A stretch of 64,000 bases of DNA from contig OX597823.1 in NCBI GenBank assembly GCA_951406725.2, positions 9,052,001 through 9,116,000 of the forward strand, given 5' to 3'. The notes under the pieces are model-generated. The model was not told the DNA's origin and searched no databases. It worked only from the letters and a program-made list of their open reading frames with translations. Made by a program: the position numbers and the translations under genes. This DNA comes from Octopus vulgaris (taxonomy: Eukaryota). Shown piece by piece: positions 14,597-29,617 of the stretch (position 1 is the stretch's first letter; each line of letters begins with the position of its first letter).

Positions 14597-15480
14597 ATAA
14601 TAATAATTTTTCTATTAAAATATCCCTCCATCTATAACTATTGCTCTTTCAGATGGATATTGTAAGAATTCAATAAAAGTGCTACTGTCGTTGTAATCAA
14701 ACCAAATTTGAGCTGGCATATTTATGCTCATACGTACCCCAGGTGGTATCAGCCTTTCGCTTGTTTATTTTTAAAACCGTGTGTCTAAACTATGATAGCA
14801 AATACGTGTTTGCATTTTAATACATGATATTGTGATTTGAGAGTGATTTGACTGCTTCTTAGTACCGAATATGTGTAGAGTTCCTCTTTTAAACACGTCC
14901 TGTGAATAAGTAAATGCACGAAAAATAACATGTTTTTAGCGGAGGTGAACAACGTTTCACAAACAATGTAGATTACTTCGCTTGTTGCCCGATTTTTCAA
15001 GCCATTGAAAATGTGTTAATATTGCATTTTCCATTTGACGCTCACATAAACTACACCTCAATTTAAAGTATAATTAGAGTGACAAAGAGAGAAAGAAGTC
15101 AAGATAAAAAGACGCATCATAGCCAAGTAATATATTTGATATTATATAAGAATCACGTGATTTATTCCGTTTGTCAGATGGAGTCGAGTGCCTTCTGTTA
15201 GTTGTTATATAAAGGTTGGTATTATATACAATCTTTGGGAAAGCATTCAAGGTATATTATGATGAGATGATATTCTGCTTTCTCTCTGTGAATTGGAAGG
15301 TAGTTTTTAAACAATGAGGACGTTTTTCTGCAGGACATAGTTTAAAAATTGGTATTCTTCTCTAAAATTTATTATGAAGTTAAAACGAAAAATACGCTCA
15401 GAGAGAGAGAGAAGGGAGAGAACGTGGAGGTATATGGTGCAAGAAAGAATGAAAAAGGATAGCTGTAAATACCAAGCCGG

Positions 15481-15542
<62 letters not shown>

Positions 15543-17602
15543 GGAGAAGATGGAGAGAGTGAATGAAATATCAGATGTTATGATATTATTATCGCTGTGA
15601 AAACACTTCTTCGACAGACAATGAAAATAATTGTTCAGATTGAATCTATTTCTGCTAAACAACTTTTCAAGAGAGGTTTAGAAAAAGAAGCTAAAAGTTG
15701 TTATGGCAACACTGTGAAAATGAGAAGCTGTTTTGTGGTTTCAGATATGATTGCCAATATAGTTTATGTCTCTTTAAATGTATGGAGGAGAAAAAGTGTT
15801 AGTAAAACGTGATTGCTATATTTGGATAGAACACATGGACAATCACGCTGGAACTATGGAAGAGTGGATAAAGAATAATTCTATATGTTAACATGCCATC
15901 AATGCATTCTCTTTTGAATGAGAATAATAAAAAGTAAACAATACCGAACCATATACATACAACATACATACAAATCACCAACTATGACTCCATGGTAGAT
16001 TCTCCAAATAGTAAAAGAATTGCCGCCGAGAAAAGTTTATCTGTAAACACGATCTACGTGCGGTATGTAAGCAAATATTCGTTATTGTAAAAAAATTATA
16101 TGAAAGTAAAATGGTAAAGTGAAAGTCTGTCCGAAACACACAAGCTGTATGTATCATTATACGGAGCATCAAGGTTATAAATGCTCCTCATCAGGAGCAC
16201 CTAGTGTTATTTCGCCAAGGACTAGCTTGCGACAGTGTGATCTCCGATAAAAAAAAAAAACCCGGTGGAAGGTGGTGGTGCTAAACGTGGTGATATGATG
16301 TCCCTTCAATGCAGTTTAGTTCTGAATTTAAGCATCCTGCAGAAGAGCAAATTCTTCTGTCTTTTGATACATAATTGTATCCAAATAACAAAAGATTGGT
16401 TCGAATATTTGGAACACAAATTTTTTTTTTATATCGAATGGCGGGATATACCCATCACCAGGAAATTAATTATTATAGTTAATGTTTTATATATGTGCCT
16501 TAATTGTTACCAATTTGCTGATGGTTAGCTGGGTAATTTATATTGTTAAGTGTAACAAATTGAAGATTATTATGCATTATAAATGATTTTACGTAGTTTA
16601 TTATTTAACCTATAATAAAGAGAAGATATGTTTAATTAATAATCGATTTCATAGGCAGAATACTTATAACATTAATTTACTAAGCATTATTTGCCGCTAC
16701 ATGATCCTTTAAATAGAAGCACATACGCATAATTATTAGGTTCAGTTAGAGCATAATGACGTTGCATAAATTTAAATTATTTATTTATTAGGGAAATATT
16801 ATACACAAGAGAATATATCGCGACGATGCCATGTCAACGCTTACAGATATAACAAAACTAGACATCAGAATGTAACGTTAATTATATTTTATTTATGAGG
16901 TAGGAATTCTAAAATTTGGTTAGAGTAAGAGTGTCAATTTTGATGGCATTAAATATAATTTTATTATTTACAATATACAAGAGTTTTTATGCAATAATGA
17001 GCTAATAAATAATGGCCGCCATTTGTTGTAGTTTTACACGTCTGGTCAGAGGCCGAGCATTGCTTTTTGGTAATGAGAAACCCCATTGCTTTATTGTTTC
17101 TTCTAGGATTAAATATAATTCTGAGTATTATATTGCAACTCTTGAATCGTTTAAAATTGCTGAATTAAATGCCTTTCATGCCAAGTATTTTTTTACATCA
17201 TTAGCTTTTACATAATAAGCTGTGGTTATAACATGTATACTACAGATTTCACATGTATTTAATAACATTTCCGCTTAGAATTAACATCTGTATTATTTTC
17301 TAGTAACGTTTGTAAACGTGTTCTCCTGCAACCTATTTCATAGCACGTACTGTATACTTCACCTATCTCTTTGATGTTACCATATATGAAATACTACCTT
17401 TTTCACACGTTACATAACATATATTTCAGGGTTGGAGTTATTAATTCTTATATGCATTTTCGTGCAAGTAGTCCTCTTTATATTTCTGCTACTCGAAAAA
17501 TTACTACACGGCATCAGGTATTTCTAAAAATATAATCTTATGGTAAAGGCTTTAAAAAGATGGATAAAAAATAAATATACAGATCATAGAAGACATGTTT
17601 CC

Positions 17603-17672
<70 letters not shown>

Positions 17673-17747
17673 GTCTGTCTGTCTGTCTATACATACATAC
17701 ATACATACATACATACATACATACATACAAACACAAACACACATATA

Positions 17748-17932
17748 TAGTTGAAATTTACAGAAAAACAAAACACGAAGATAGGTGTATAAATAACAAG
17801 CAAGTGTATTAGTTTGACGGCTCGGAAAGGGGAGAAAGTATTTTACATTTCGTGTCTAAACTCTTCAGCAGAAAGGAACACGAAGAAATAAACAAAGAGA
17901 GAATAAAACAACTTGTGGAGTTAGCGGTCAAA
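17748..17932 (-). mobile_element. Short repeat family F with hammerhead-like motif (degenerate)
   Basis: Minus strand cttt-ctgctga-agag..cgaaatgtaaaa, then the aaactaatacac..ttgttgtttatacacct tail shared with 8680 and 35515. Confidence 0.65.
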
Positions 17933-18039
17933 CAAGAGAGGCTTGATAAGGCACAAAAGGGCTACTTGTCCATCAATGATGTGTCGAATCCACATTCTCA
18001 CTGCTCCATATTAGCGTAGACATACATACTAATATACAT

Positions 18040-18592
18040 GGTGGCTGCACCCCTCGTTATCGAGTATGGCCATTGCGCGAAGCTTAATCAATGTTGTTAT
18101 CGTGCAATGCCTGTGCAAAAAGAGTTTTTTTAAAGTGAGGAAAGGATGTGCACTGAGTCAATCCCACTCACTAAGCAACAGCAGCCATAATCCGAAAAGA
18201 AGAACAAGTCAACATCATTGGTAACCACTGAGCTGCAGGTTTTATGTTGGAGTTATCCCAGTTAGCTGAGTTATCTTCTCCTAGAAGGATGCCCTAACAA
18301 AGGCTAGGAGTCCTTCACTCCCAATGGTTTAACCGCGCGATCGAGTATTCAGTCCGATTATTTCTATGTCCCCGCGCATGATACAGCCTTACGACATTTA
18401 TTGGATGGTCGTTGACTCTCAAGAGTTCCTCTGCCCTTTGACGGGTTTTGTTTTTCATCCCGCAGGGTGTCCAATAAACACCCTCCTCACGAAGCAAGCT
18501 CGGTGGAGTTGCCGGTTTAGTTGCCGACGATCCGACCATGCAACAGGTTGTACTGGGTTATATGTTACCAGTAGCACTCGAAAGTGACCTGA
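18040..18592 (-). mobile_element. Probable RTE-related non-autonomous element or UTR remnant
   Basis: GC-richer island; minus-strand ggcatccttctaggagaagataactc motif and ggccatactcgataacgagggg end resemble RTE UTRs; no ORF. Confidence 0.4.
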
Positions 18593-19086
18593 CATAAACT
18601 AATATACATATATGTTTTATATAGAGTATTTGTTCCCTATGCACAACATCAATCTATAACATTCTATTCTCTAAGGAGCAATTATTGAATGAGAAGATTG
18701 AGAAAGTTTCGCCCTGCTTACATGTAACTAAATACCTATTTTCCAGATATCCCTAAAGGTTTCTTTAATTATTACTATTAAGTAGTAGACTGGATACGTC
18801 CTTTATTAACCGTAAAATATTTATCTTATAGAATTGTTGAATTTATGACTAAATATATTGGTAAATATCTGAATTACATATGTCTTCTAAGAATCATTAA
18901 TATTCTCTTTAAAATATTATGAAATAGAAAACTAGATATATTGATATATCTTATTAGGTTAATACATTACTGTATTATAGATATTGCGATGGAATATATT
19001 CAATTATTATAGATATATACATATAGATACTTTATATATACTAAATGGACTATCCTAGATATATACATACAGAGACACACAGACAC

Positions 19087-19193
<107 letters not shown>

Positions 19194-19336
19194 TATATAT
19201 ATATGTATATATATACATACACATTAATAAATATTTATTATTTCAAGTAATAAACTATTGGATATTTTATATTAACATATGAAATTATGACTTAAACATA
19301 ATATATATATATATATATATATATATAGTAATACAG

Positions 19337-19373
<37 letters not shown>

Positions 19374-19380
19374 ATATATA

Positions 19381-20405
19381 AAACTTACTTGGAAGCAGAT
19401 GCGTGGCGTTCCATCATATAATAACAAAATAATAAATAAAACATATGCATATATACATACATATATGTACGTAGCTACATCTATATGTATATATACATGC
19501 ATATATGGGTACAGAACACAAAAAAAAACTTCGAACACAATGAGAAACGAAAACATAAAAACAAAACCACGGAAACGGACAGTTTTTTTCAATAACGAAA
19601 AAACAGAGTACAAGACATACAACACAAGGAAAATTCACTTTCTTCAGCCGCCTCTGCTTCGTCTACTCCGTATTTCGAAGGTAAAGGCGAGACACGACTT
19701 CGTTGAAACAGTTCTTCCTGCAAAGCAAATCAAATAAAATTTGTGAGTTTTTGCGGAGGTGTAAAAGTGGTAGCAAAACAGGACAGTAAAAACAAAACAA
19801 ATAAAAGCAGCAAAAGACATGATAAGGAGAATAACAGTAACACAGACAGTAAGGGCTGTTAAGCCTGAACGAAAGGAAAAATTATTTTGAACACTTTGAA
19901 AATGGCTTGAGAGTGGGGAAGAAAAGGCCCTCTACACTTGTTAGAGGCAGTAGTCAGAAAGACAGTGGCGTCTGGTCACGTGTCAGCGACGAGAGGGAGG
20001 AGGAGGAGTAAGAGAAAAGGAACGCTGAAAGGGAGAGAAAAAAGAGGGGAGGGTGGTAGAGAAAACCAGAAAGAATGAAGAATGAGAGAGGGAGGGGGAC
20101 AGAAAAGTTAAGAGTGGGCATTATTATTATTAAGATAAAACTTACTTAGAAGTGGATGCGTGACGTTCCATCATATTATAACAAAATAATAAATAAAATA
20201 TATGCATATATACATACATATATGTAAGGACCTACATCTATATGTATATATACATGCATATATGGGTACAGGACACCAAAAAAAAAAAAACGTCGAACAC
20301 AATGAGAAACGAAAACATAAAAACAAAACCATGGAAACGGACAGTTTTTTCAATAACGAAAAAACAGAGTACAAGACATACAACACAAGGAAAATTCCCC
20401 TTCTT
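19381..20405. mobile_element. Family G element with ~265-bp terminal direct repeats (19381-19644, 20138-20405)
   Basis: aaacttactt.gaag..gatgcgtg.cgttccatcat..ggaaaattc repeated at a ~757-bp period; Penelope pseudo-LTR-like arrangement. Confidence 0.75.
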
Positions 20406-20478
20406 ATTTTGTTATTATATATATATGTATATATATATATGTATGTATATAAACAATATACATATATATATGTATTAA

Positions 20479-20797
20479 AGACTCCGCCGGTTACGACGAC
20501 GAGGGTCCCAGCTGATACGATCAACGGAACAGCTTGCTCGTGAAATTAACGTGCAAATGGCTGAGCATTCCACAGACACGTGTACCCTTAACGTAGTTCT
20601 CGGGGATAATCAGCGTGACACAGAGAGTGACAAGGCTGACCCTTTGAAATACAAGTACAACTCATTTTTGCCAGCTGAGTGGACTGGAGCAACGTGAAAT
20701 AAAGTGTCTTGCTCAAGGACACAACGCGTCGCCGGGAATCGAACTCACAACCTTACGATCATGAGCCGAATGCCCTAACCACTAAGCCACGCGCCCT
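20479..20797 (-). mobile_element. tRNA-derived SINE family D
   Basis: A box tggcttagtgg, B box gagttcgattcc, central gtgtccttgagcaagacactt domain; second copy at 59880. Confidence 0.9.
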
Positions 20798-20901
20798 CAC
20801 ATATATATATATATATGTATATAAACAATATACATATATATATGTATATGTATACAAATAATATATAATACATACATACATGTATAACTCTCTCTCTTTA
20901 A

Positions 20902-21299
20902 TCTTTTACTTGCTTCAGTCATGTGACTGTGGCCATGCTGGAGCATCGCCTTTAGTCGATCAAATCGACCCCAGGACTTATTCTTTGTAAGCCTAGTATT
21001 TATTTTATCGGTCTCTTTTTTGCCGAACCGCTCAGTTGCGGGGACGTAAACACACCTGCATCGGTTGTCATGCGATGTTGGGGGGACAAACACAGACACA
21101 AAAACACGCACATACATATATATAGATATAGATATATACGACGGGCTTCTTTCAGTTTCCGTCTACCAAATCCACTCACAAGTCTTTGGTCGGCCCGAGG
21201 CTATAGTAGAAGACACCCACCCAAGGTGCCACGCAGTGGGACTGAACCCGGAACCATGTGGTTCGTAAGCAAGCTACTTATCACACAGCCACTCCTACG

Positions 21300-21302
<3 letters not shown>
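20902..21302 (-). mobile_element. Full-length SINE family A
   Basis: Colinear with 14196-14596. Confidence 0.9.
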
Positions 21303-21351
<49 letters not shown>

Positions 21352-21355
<4 letters not shown>

Positions 21356-22585
21356 TATATGGGTACAGTGTGTCACCAACAGTAAACACCATGAAATACG
21401 AAAGGAAATGTGTTAAATATGCAAATAACGAGACAAAAGATGACACAGAATGCCCCTTCATCAGTTGTCGGCTGTCTATCTACTCCCCATATTGATCAGT
21501 CAGTGACAATATGAATCTTCGAAGACAGTTGCTCCCATAAATACAAAAATGAACTTACGGATTTATGGAGGGTCAAAGTTAGAAACAAAACAGGACAGTG
21601 GTGACATACATGGGAAGCGAACGAAAGCAAACATGGAGTATCGTTAGACCAGAACGAGGGGAAAATAGTGAACGTTGAGAGAAGTATTTTATTTGAAAAG
21701 AGAAAAGGTAGAAGATAGAGATAAGAGACCACCAGTCCTTAGAACGTCCATGCAGGAAAGAAAGATGATCACGTGAGGAATAGGAAGATAAGTAGTAGTA
21801 GGAGCACTCCGTCGGTTGCGACGATGAGGGTCCCAGCTGATACGATCAACGGAACAGCTTGCTCGTGATATTAACGTGCAAGCGGCTGAGCACTCCACAG
21901 ACACGTGTACCCTTAACGTAGTTCTCGGGGATATTCAGCGTGACACAGAGTGAGGCAAGGCTGGCCCTTTGAAAATACAGGTACAACAGAAACAGGAATA
22001 AAGAGTGAGAGAAAGTTGTGGTGAAAGAGTACAGCAGGCTTCACTACCACCCACTGCCAGAGCCTCGTGGAGCTTTAGGTGTTTTCGCTCAATAAACACT
22101 CACAATGCCCGGTCTGGGAATCGAAACCGCGATCCTACGACCGCGAGTCCGCTGCCCTAACCACTGGGCCATTGCGCCTCCACGGGAAGATAAACGAAGG
22201 TCATGTGTAAGCAAAGAAAGAGAGGGAAAAAGAGAAAGACGGGAGAGAGTGAAACAGATCGAAAACAGTGAAAGGGAGAAAAAAGAAATTAGAGAGAATG
22301 GGGAGAAAACAGTATAGAGTAGATTTGCATCAAACTCTTACTTGGAAATCAATGCGTGGTTTCAATTAAATAATATATTTTATATTGGTATTTATGGGAG
22401 CCATTGTCTTCGAAGACTCATATTGTCGTTGATTGTTCGAGATGGGGAGTAGATAGATAGCCGCACACTCATGAAGTGTTATTCTTTGTATTACTTGTCT
22501 TTTTTCTCTCTCCTTATTTGCGTATTTAACTCATTTGTTTTACGTATTTTATGTCGTATACTCTTAGTGACATCCTGTACCCATG
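21352..22585. mobile_element. Family G-related element with ~185-bp terminal inverted repeats, interrupted by a SINE
   Basis: 21356-21540 is the diverged reverse complement of 22393-22584; cttacttggaa..atgcgtgg at ~22337 is shared with ~19384. Confidence 0.7.
21792..22184 (-). mobile_element. tRNA-derived SINE, head C with family-D tail
   Basis: Head matches 13482, tail matches 20479-20640; TSD ggaagataa at 21783-21791 and 22185-22193. Confidence 0.9.
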
Positions 22586-22872
22586 TACTTTTGATATATA
22601 TATAAAAAAATAAAAAATAACTAAAAAAAATAAATAAAAAATTAATAAATAAAATAATATATAAATATAAAAATATACATACATACATACATATATATAT
22701 ATTTGTATATATATATATAAAATTTATAAGTTTAAATTATTTAAATAATTTTTTATTTTTAACTTTTATATTTTTAAATTAATTTTATGTATTGGCTTAT
22801 GTTTTTCACTGTTTGATTTGCCTAATAGTGGTTTTATGTCTAATATAATATAATATAATATAATATAATATA

Positions 22873-22919
<47 letters not shown>

Positions 22920-23014
22920 TAGCATGGCCACAGCTCGTGAGCTGAAACTAGATAAAATAAAATGAAATTAAAAAATATATATTATATATACATTCTTATG
23001 TATATACATATATA

Positions 23015-23068
<54 letters not shown>

Positions 23069-23070
23069 TA

Positions 23071-23109
<39 letters not shown>

Positions 23110-23669
23110 TTTGTTTATTTTAACGCATAAGGTTTTTTACCACAGTTTACATAAATTCTAACTTAAGCATAATACGCTTTTTTAAAACACTCAATATCTA
23201 TATATAAGATTTAACTTATTTTATTTTACTTAATTGTATCCAGTTGTATTACAAATAGATAAATTTATTATAAAAAATTATTATAAGTAAATAGTATAAC
23301 CATTAACAGTTATATAAATTAATTAGAATTTATAGAAAATCCCTATGAGATATTTGAGTGAAGTAAAAGGTATAAAAAAATATTTCTTTCGTTTTCTTTA
23401 AATATAAATCAAGACGTAAAACACGCTGTAAAAATATCGGGAAGAAACGTAATACTCAATTTCCTGGTATACAAATAAATTAACTGTGAGATACGTATTT
23501 CTAAATTTTTATTTATTCTATTATAACATAGAATATAGATTATAGTTTTATCTTAATATATTTTATTCTAGTTATCCCTTTTTATTTTTAATTTTGTTTA
23601 CCTCCTCTTTGAAAAAATCTAGAATCATATACAACTTTATTACAAACTTACTATATTTAACAGAGGCTT

Positions 23670-23748
<79 letters not shown>

Positions 23749-24495
23749 ATGATATATGTACATAGGAAAACATATTCGCTTACTGTATAGAGGTCTATGT
23801 GTATAAATATTAGCTTGACGTATACATCTATTTACGGCTAGATTATTCAAAATTTGAGTAGGTACTAACATATATATATATAAACGATTAAATTTGATTA
23901 GATATGGTTCGATGAACACGTATACATGAATATTTACTAGTTCCTGCTAAGAAGCCAAATGAAATTATACAATTATAACGGTTTATTTATTACTTATTAT
24001 TTATTTTGTATATTTTATTACATAATTATTTCCCCTTACAAATATAACATTATTTTTATTTTGTTATTCATTTTATTCATATATTTAAAAAAAATATATT
24101 TTTATTTTATTTCATTTATATTTTTACATACTTGAATTATAACCTTTACCTATATATGCATATAATATACAAGAAATACTATTTCAAACTTATTTAGTTG
24201 TTGATTTGAATCCTTTTGATAAATATGTACCCTTCGTTTTATTAAAACAAACAAAAAAATCCAACCCGAAGAGATCCAGCCCCATAGAAATTAAAATGAT
24301 AACAAGTTCTTAACGTTGGATTTAACACAAATGCTTTAAGCTATGCACTAGAAAGGGGCTGGGGCTAGAATCGGAACATATGTAAACTTGTTGGGTTCTC
24401 TATTACTTGCATTTAAATCTTAACAACAAACTATGATACGAATAAATTAACTTTACATCCTCAAATCTGCTTTTTCTAGCCTTGTTAATTTTCCC

Positions 24496-24530
<35 letters not shown>

Positions 24531-25032
24531 ATGTGTGTGTATGTATATATATATTCATTTATTCTATTACTTTTTTCAGTCATTTGACTGCGGCCATGCT
24601 ACAGCAGCACCTTGCAGTAGGACTGAACCCGAAACGATGAAGCTAGAAGCAACCTTCTAACCACACTCTCATTATCCAGTTGTATCGTCCATCTATTCAG
24701 TCAACGTATGTCAAATTTGTACTGAATATTTACATTTAACCCTATATGAATATACGTATGTTAAAATTCTTTGGCGAAGATTTTATTAACTTGACCTCTG
24801 TACTTCAATAAAGTAACAGTGAAGAACAGAAAATCTATTGAGTTAGAACCTCTCCACAAAATTTGCGCTTAAGACTATATAGTAAAGGCAAGTTTAGGTA
24901 TTACATTTATTTTAACACTTAATATTTAATAGTTAGCTCTTACTCATTCATTTTTTATTTTATTTTGAGAACTGAACATATTCTTTGAGTGAACTTTTAA
25001 TTGTAATTAATGAACGATATAATTTGGCATTA

Positions 25033-25265
25033 GGGCGGCGAGCTGGCAGAATCGTTTAGCACGCCGGGCGAAATGCTAAGCGTTAGTTCGTCTGTCGTTA
25101 CATTCTGAGTTCAAATTTCGCCGAGGTCGGCTTTGCCGTTCATTCTTTCGGGGTCGATTAAATATGTACGAGTTACGCACTGGGATAGATCTAATCGATT
25201 TAATCACTTTTCTGTCTTTGTTTGTCCCCTCTATGTTTCGCCCCCTATGAGCAATAAAGAAATAA
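25033..25265 (+). mobile_element. tRNA-derived SINE with Deu/Nin-like central domain (family B)
   Basis: ggcggcgagctggcagaa..gagttcaaattt..ctttgcc.ttcat.ctttcggggtcgat; copies at 41792 and 47243. Confidence 0.85.
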
Positions 25266-25541
25266 ATATAATTTGTCATTTATTGCTTATTGTTACCTTT
25301 TGTGTGTCTTGTATGATTCCAGTTTTTCATTTCGTATACTTCATTTCGCGCATATCTCGGAGTTCTTATTTCAAGGATTTATTGTATTTACTAATGAGTG
25401 CAGAAGTGTGTGCATGTATGTGCGCTCACGTGCAAATCGACGCACACATACACACACATACACACACAGAAAGGCTTGTAATTCTTTTGTTGCTTTCAAT
25501 GCATGACGGCTGGATTTAAATATATTTGTACAATGTTAATA

Positions 25542-26780
25542 TGAGGATGGGCTCTAAAACTCATATGCTGACAATGAAGTGATGACGCCAGGGCTGGGAA
25601 ATCTTGCATGCATTAATTTCAACTCACTTTATACATAACTACACCGTTTTCTTTTTCATGTAATGCTACATCTTACTATTCAAAGAAGACTTCAAAAGTG
25701 TACTAGCAGAGATTTCTCAAAAAATTGACGAAATTTAGCATCATGATGTTATCAGGTACTTACAGAAAAATGATTTAGCACCCATCGACATTCATGCTGG
25801 CATGGCTGCTTCATAATGTGAGGAAACTCAACAGTGCAAATGTGGGCTCCTGCATTTAGGAGGGGAAGCGAGAGACTTGAAGATGACACACGATTTGGAC
25901 GTCCTGCAACTGCCAACATCGAGGAAATCATCGATCATATTCACCACATGCAGATGCATGACAGGCAATTGCCTCTAAATCAAATAGTGTTATTAGTATA
26001 CCCCGTGAGAGAGTTGAGAATATCCTGCGTCCAATGACGAAGTGGGTGGCATGTCTTTTGACACCTGATCAAAGTCGCAAAATTTAATATTGTTTGAGGC
26101 AGATCCAGGTGATTTCTTCGCCATCACTAGTGATCACTCCAGACATCATGATGTTGTCTGGATGGTTTATTTTTATCACTCTCAGTACATGTCGTCATAT
26201 TGCACTGTCCTCAGATAGGCACCCAAACACTCTAAAAAGTTTGAATTGGAGCTTCCGGAATGAATGCCAAGCAGAACAGCATGTTGTTTCCATATTTCTG
26301 GCTAAGTGAATTGTGTCATGATACTGTTTATCTCACAGACGGGCCCGAAACCCTAACCGGGGTGAGAACTAGTTTCAGAGACAAAGAGGGACAATCCGTG
26401 CAGTGGAAACACCCTTCCGCACCGGCTACAAATAAAGCCAAGATCATTTCGTCTACAGTGAATGTGATAGCTTCATATTTTGGGGATGCAGAAGGCAGTG
26501 TGCTTATTGATTATTTAAAAGATACCCTACTATAAATGATGAGTAGTATGTAAACTTGCTGAGGCAGTTACGAAAGGCTATCAAGACTAAAGACCCAGGA
26601 CAAATGACGAAAGGGGTCTTGTTTCAACAGGATAATACTGCAGCACACAATCCCTTGGATTCAATGACTAATGTTCGTGACTGTAGCTTTGATCGATCAT
26701 CTTTCCTTTTCTCCTGATTTCGTCTCATCTGACTATCATCTGTTTTCCAACATGAAAATGCACTTGGCTAGGAAGCAGTT
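25542..26780 (+). mobile_element. Decayed mariner (DD34D) transposon
   Basis: LEDDTRFGRPAT, WV..LT (WVPHEL-like), QWKHPSAP..KAK, LIDYL, LRKAIK..PG..KGVLFQQDN..AH, FSPDFVSSDYHLF (YSPDLAPSDYHLF motif); many stops and frameshifts. Confidence 0.9.
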
Positions 26781-26978
26781 CTTTCCCAATAAACAATATC
26801 TATAAATATATATATATCAAAAAATATGCTATGCTGTTTTCATGCTGTTTTCCTAACCATATAAACGGGTATGTGTTCGTGATATTATATGTCATACATA
26901 TACTGATAGGTGTAAGTAGGTTTGCACAAGAGTGTGTATGTGAAATACATGAGTTTATGTCATGTATATCTGTGCGTT

Positions 26979-27619
26979 GTATGTATGTATGTATGTATGT
27001 ATGTATGTATGTATGTATGTATGTATGTATGTATGTATGTATGTATGTGTGTATGTATGTATGAATGTATGTATGTATGTATGTATGCATGTGTGTATGT
27101 ATGTATGTATGTATGTATGTATGTATGTATGTATGTATGTGTGTATGTATGTATGTATGTATGTATGTATGCATGTGTATGTATGTATGTATGTATGTAT
27201 GTATGTATGTATGTATGTATGTTTGTATGTATGTATGTATGTATGTATGTATGTATGTATGTATGTGTGTATGTATGTATGTATGTATGTATGTATGTAT
27301 GTATGTATGTATGTATGTATGTATGTGTGTATGTATGTATGTGTGTATGTATGTATGTATGTATGTATGTATGTATGTATGTATGTATGTATGTATGTAT
27401 GTATGTATGTATGTATGTATGTATGTATGTATGTATGTATGTATGTATGTATGTGTGTATGTATGTATGTAAGTATGTATGTATGAATGTATGAATGTAT
27501 GTATGTATGTATGTGTGTATGTATGTATGTATGTATGTATGTATGTATGTATGTATGTATGTATGTATGTATGTATGTATGTATGTATGTATGTATGTAT
27601 GTATGTATGTATGTATGTA

Positions 27620-27651
<32 letters not shown>
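26979..27651. repeat. ~670-bp (GTAT)n microsatellite ending in (GT)n
   Basis: Direct reading. Confidence 0.97.
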
Positions 27652-28047
27652 GGATGTATATGATGCATGTGTGTCTGACGTATATGACGCATATTATGTA
27701 TGAGTGACACATGCATGTACGCTTCCGTTAGTTTGAAAACCATACAGATCCACGAAGTTCTTTATATTATTTATTCTACAATGGATTTTCTGACAGTAGT
27801 TTACCAGTTATAAATTTACCGGCAGCACTTCCATACCATTGTTGAGAGCATGAAAGATATTTTTAGAATTCAGAGTTTGTCGTACATATCAGCTAATCAA
27901 CATGTTTTAGACATTCCTCACAAACCTCTTTAATATTTCCATTTTATTTCATCAATGATAAGTCTGAATATTAAATATATTTGTTCTTTTGCGCGTTTTA
28001 TGATAATTACATTTAGTGATATCATGCACTCCACGACACTAATCATA

Positions 28048-28053
28048 TGACGG

Positions 28054-28085
<32 letters not shown>

Positions 28086-28131
28086 GTGGTGATGATGATG
28101 ATGATGATGATGGTGATGATGATCATGATCA

Positions 28132-28193
<62 letters not shown>

Positions 28194-28198
28194 ATGAT
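28048..28198. repeat. (GAT)n/(GGT)n microsatellite
   Basis: Direct reading. Confidence 0.95.
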
Positions 28199-29617
28199 AG
28201 GCGTAGTAGTACTAATATTAGCTGTTGCAATAATGATTAAAATGATCACGATGACGAAGATGATCAACCAATCGATAGTTTTCGCGCAATATAAAAGCTT
28301 CTATGAGTGGTTGTTATAATTCTTTATCGGAAAAAAAATTATTTTCGATATAGCACAAGAGGGAAAAAATATCATTAGTTCGAAAAAATATGAGCAGAAG
28401 ATAGAAAACACGCAATGTGCACCTTAGTCAATATAGTCTCATAAATAACATAAATAAGATGGACAGAAGAAAGCACAACGTGAATAAAGAAAAAACAGAC
28501 ATGTAAATATATTCAAGCAAAAATAAATTTCTCTTATATCTTTATATTAACACGTAGAGATAGTATCACAATATCAACAGATGGACGTATCACACAAACA
28601 CATACGTTACACATGCATTTGTTGCACGCATATATATATACATCCTGCAAACTCAAATATTTTTTTGCTCTTGTTTCTGAAACTATTAACGGCGATGGTG
28701 GATAATTCATTTAATATTCTTAGTATTTAACTAACAATTCAGTTAATATTCTTAGCGTATTATTATCACCGTCTCTTGAACATCTTCTCTATAGATGATG
28801 ACGTTGTTATTGATCAATTCTATAACTGTATGTTTTCATATAACAACGTTTTTAACAATCATATCCGTCATACCACACGGAAGCCTTGGAAGTCACTTTT
28901 TAAAAAATGTTTATGTCTTCTTTCCATCATGGTGCAGTCTCTTGTAGCATTCTTTCATCGTGTAAAATATTTCGATTATGACTTCAATATTTGTTCAATA
29001 TTTAAAGTATTGTACATGCGAAGAAAAATGACTGGGTTTGGAATGACAGAATGGAAATGGTGTAAGGTGGAAAGCTCTCACACCAGAAGATATTGTTTTG
29101 GTAGAAACGACAGACAGAACTGTGGTCTCAAAGGGTCAGATATTTTAGTGTATCTATGGATAAATGTAAATCGTATGGCAGTTTTTTTCTTTGGAGCGAA
29201 GTAATTGTAAGATTTTACGGCAGCTGCACTGTTTCAGATGTGCAAGCAAAATTCCATTGTCGGCCGCACCTGAGCATTGTGGGATGCCAATAATTCTCGG
29301 GGACTGAAGTATCTTTTGGCTCACCGAAGAGATTTCCAAGTAGTGCGATACAGACCTAGCCATATTAAGGATGTGAATTCGTTACGAATGATCTTTGGTC
29401 ATATTGAGGTCCAGCGATTGGGAACAATGAAGAAGTGAGATATAATGCAAAAATGCGAAGAATATTTTACTCATCTGAGTAGAATTTACGTTTTTATGCT
29501 TTTGGAAGTGATAACATTAACATATTCTTTTCTAATCTAGGCACAAGGCTCGAAATTTTGGAGGCTTTTTCCAATAATAACCTCTACTATTGCCAAAAGA
29601 TTCTGTTTTATCTGATA

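Noticed and set aside
19635-19685. Minus-strand cgaaa..ctgaaga in family G as a type II/III hammerhead
   Set aside because: I could not form stem III or a valid UH cleavage site by eye.
22590-24250. Extremely AT-rich tract as a possible mitochondrial insertion
   Set aside because: No recognisable mitochondrial gene, rRNA or tRNA.
26800-27743. ORFs up to 262 aa (HTYI/MYVC repeats)
   Set aside because: Translation of the (GTAT)n microsatellite; the same applies to the many YI-repeat ORFs in the window.
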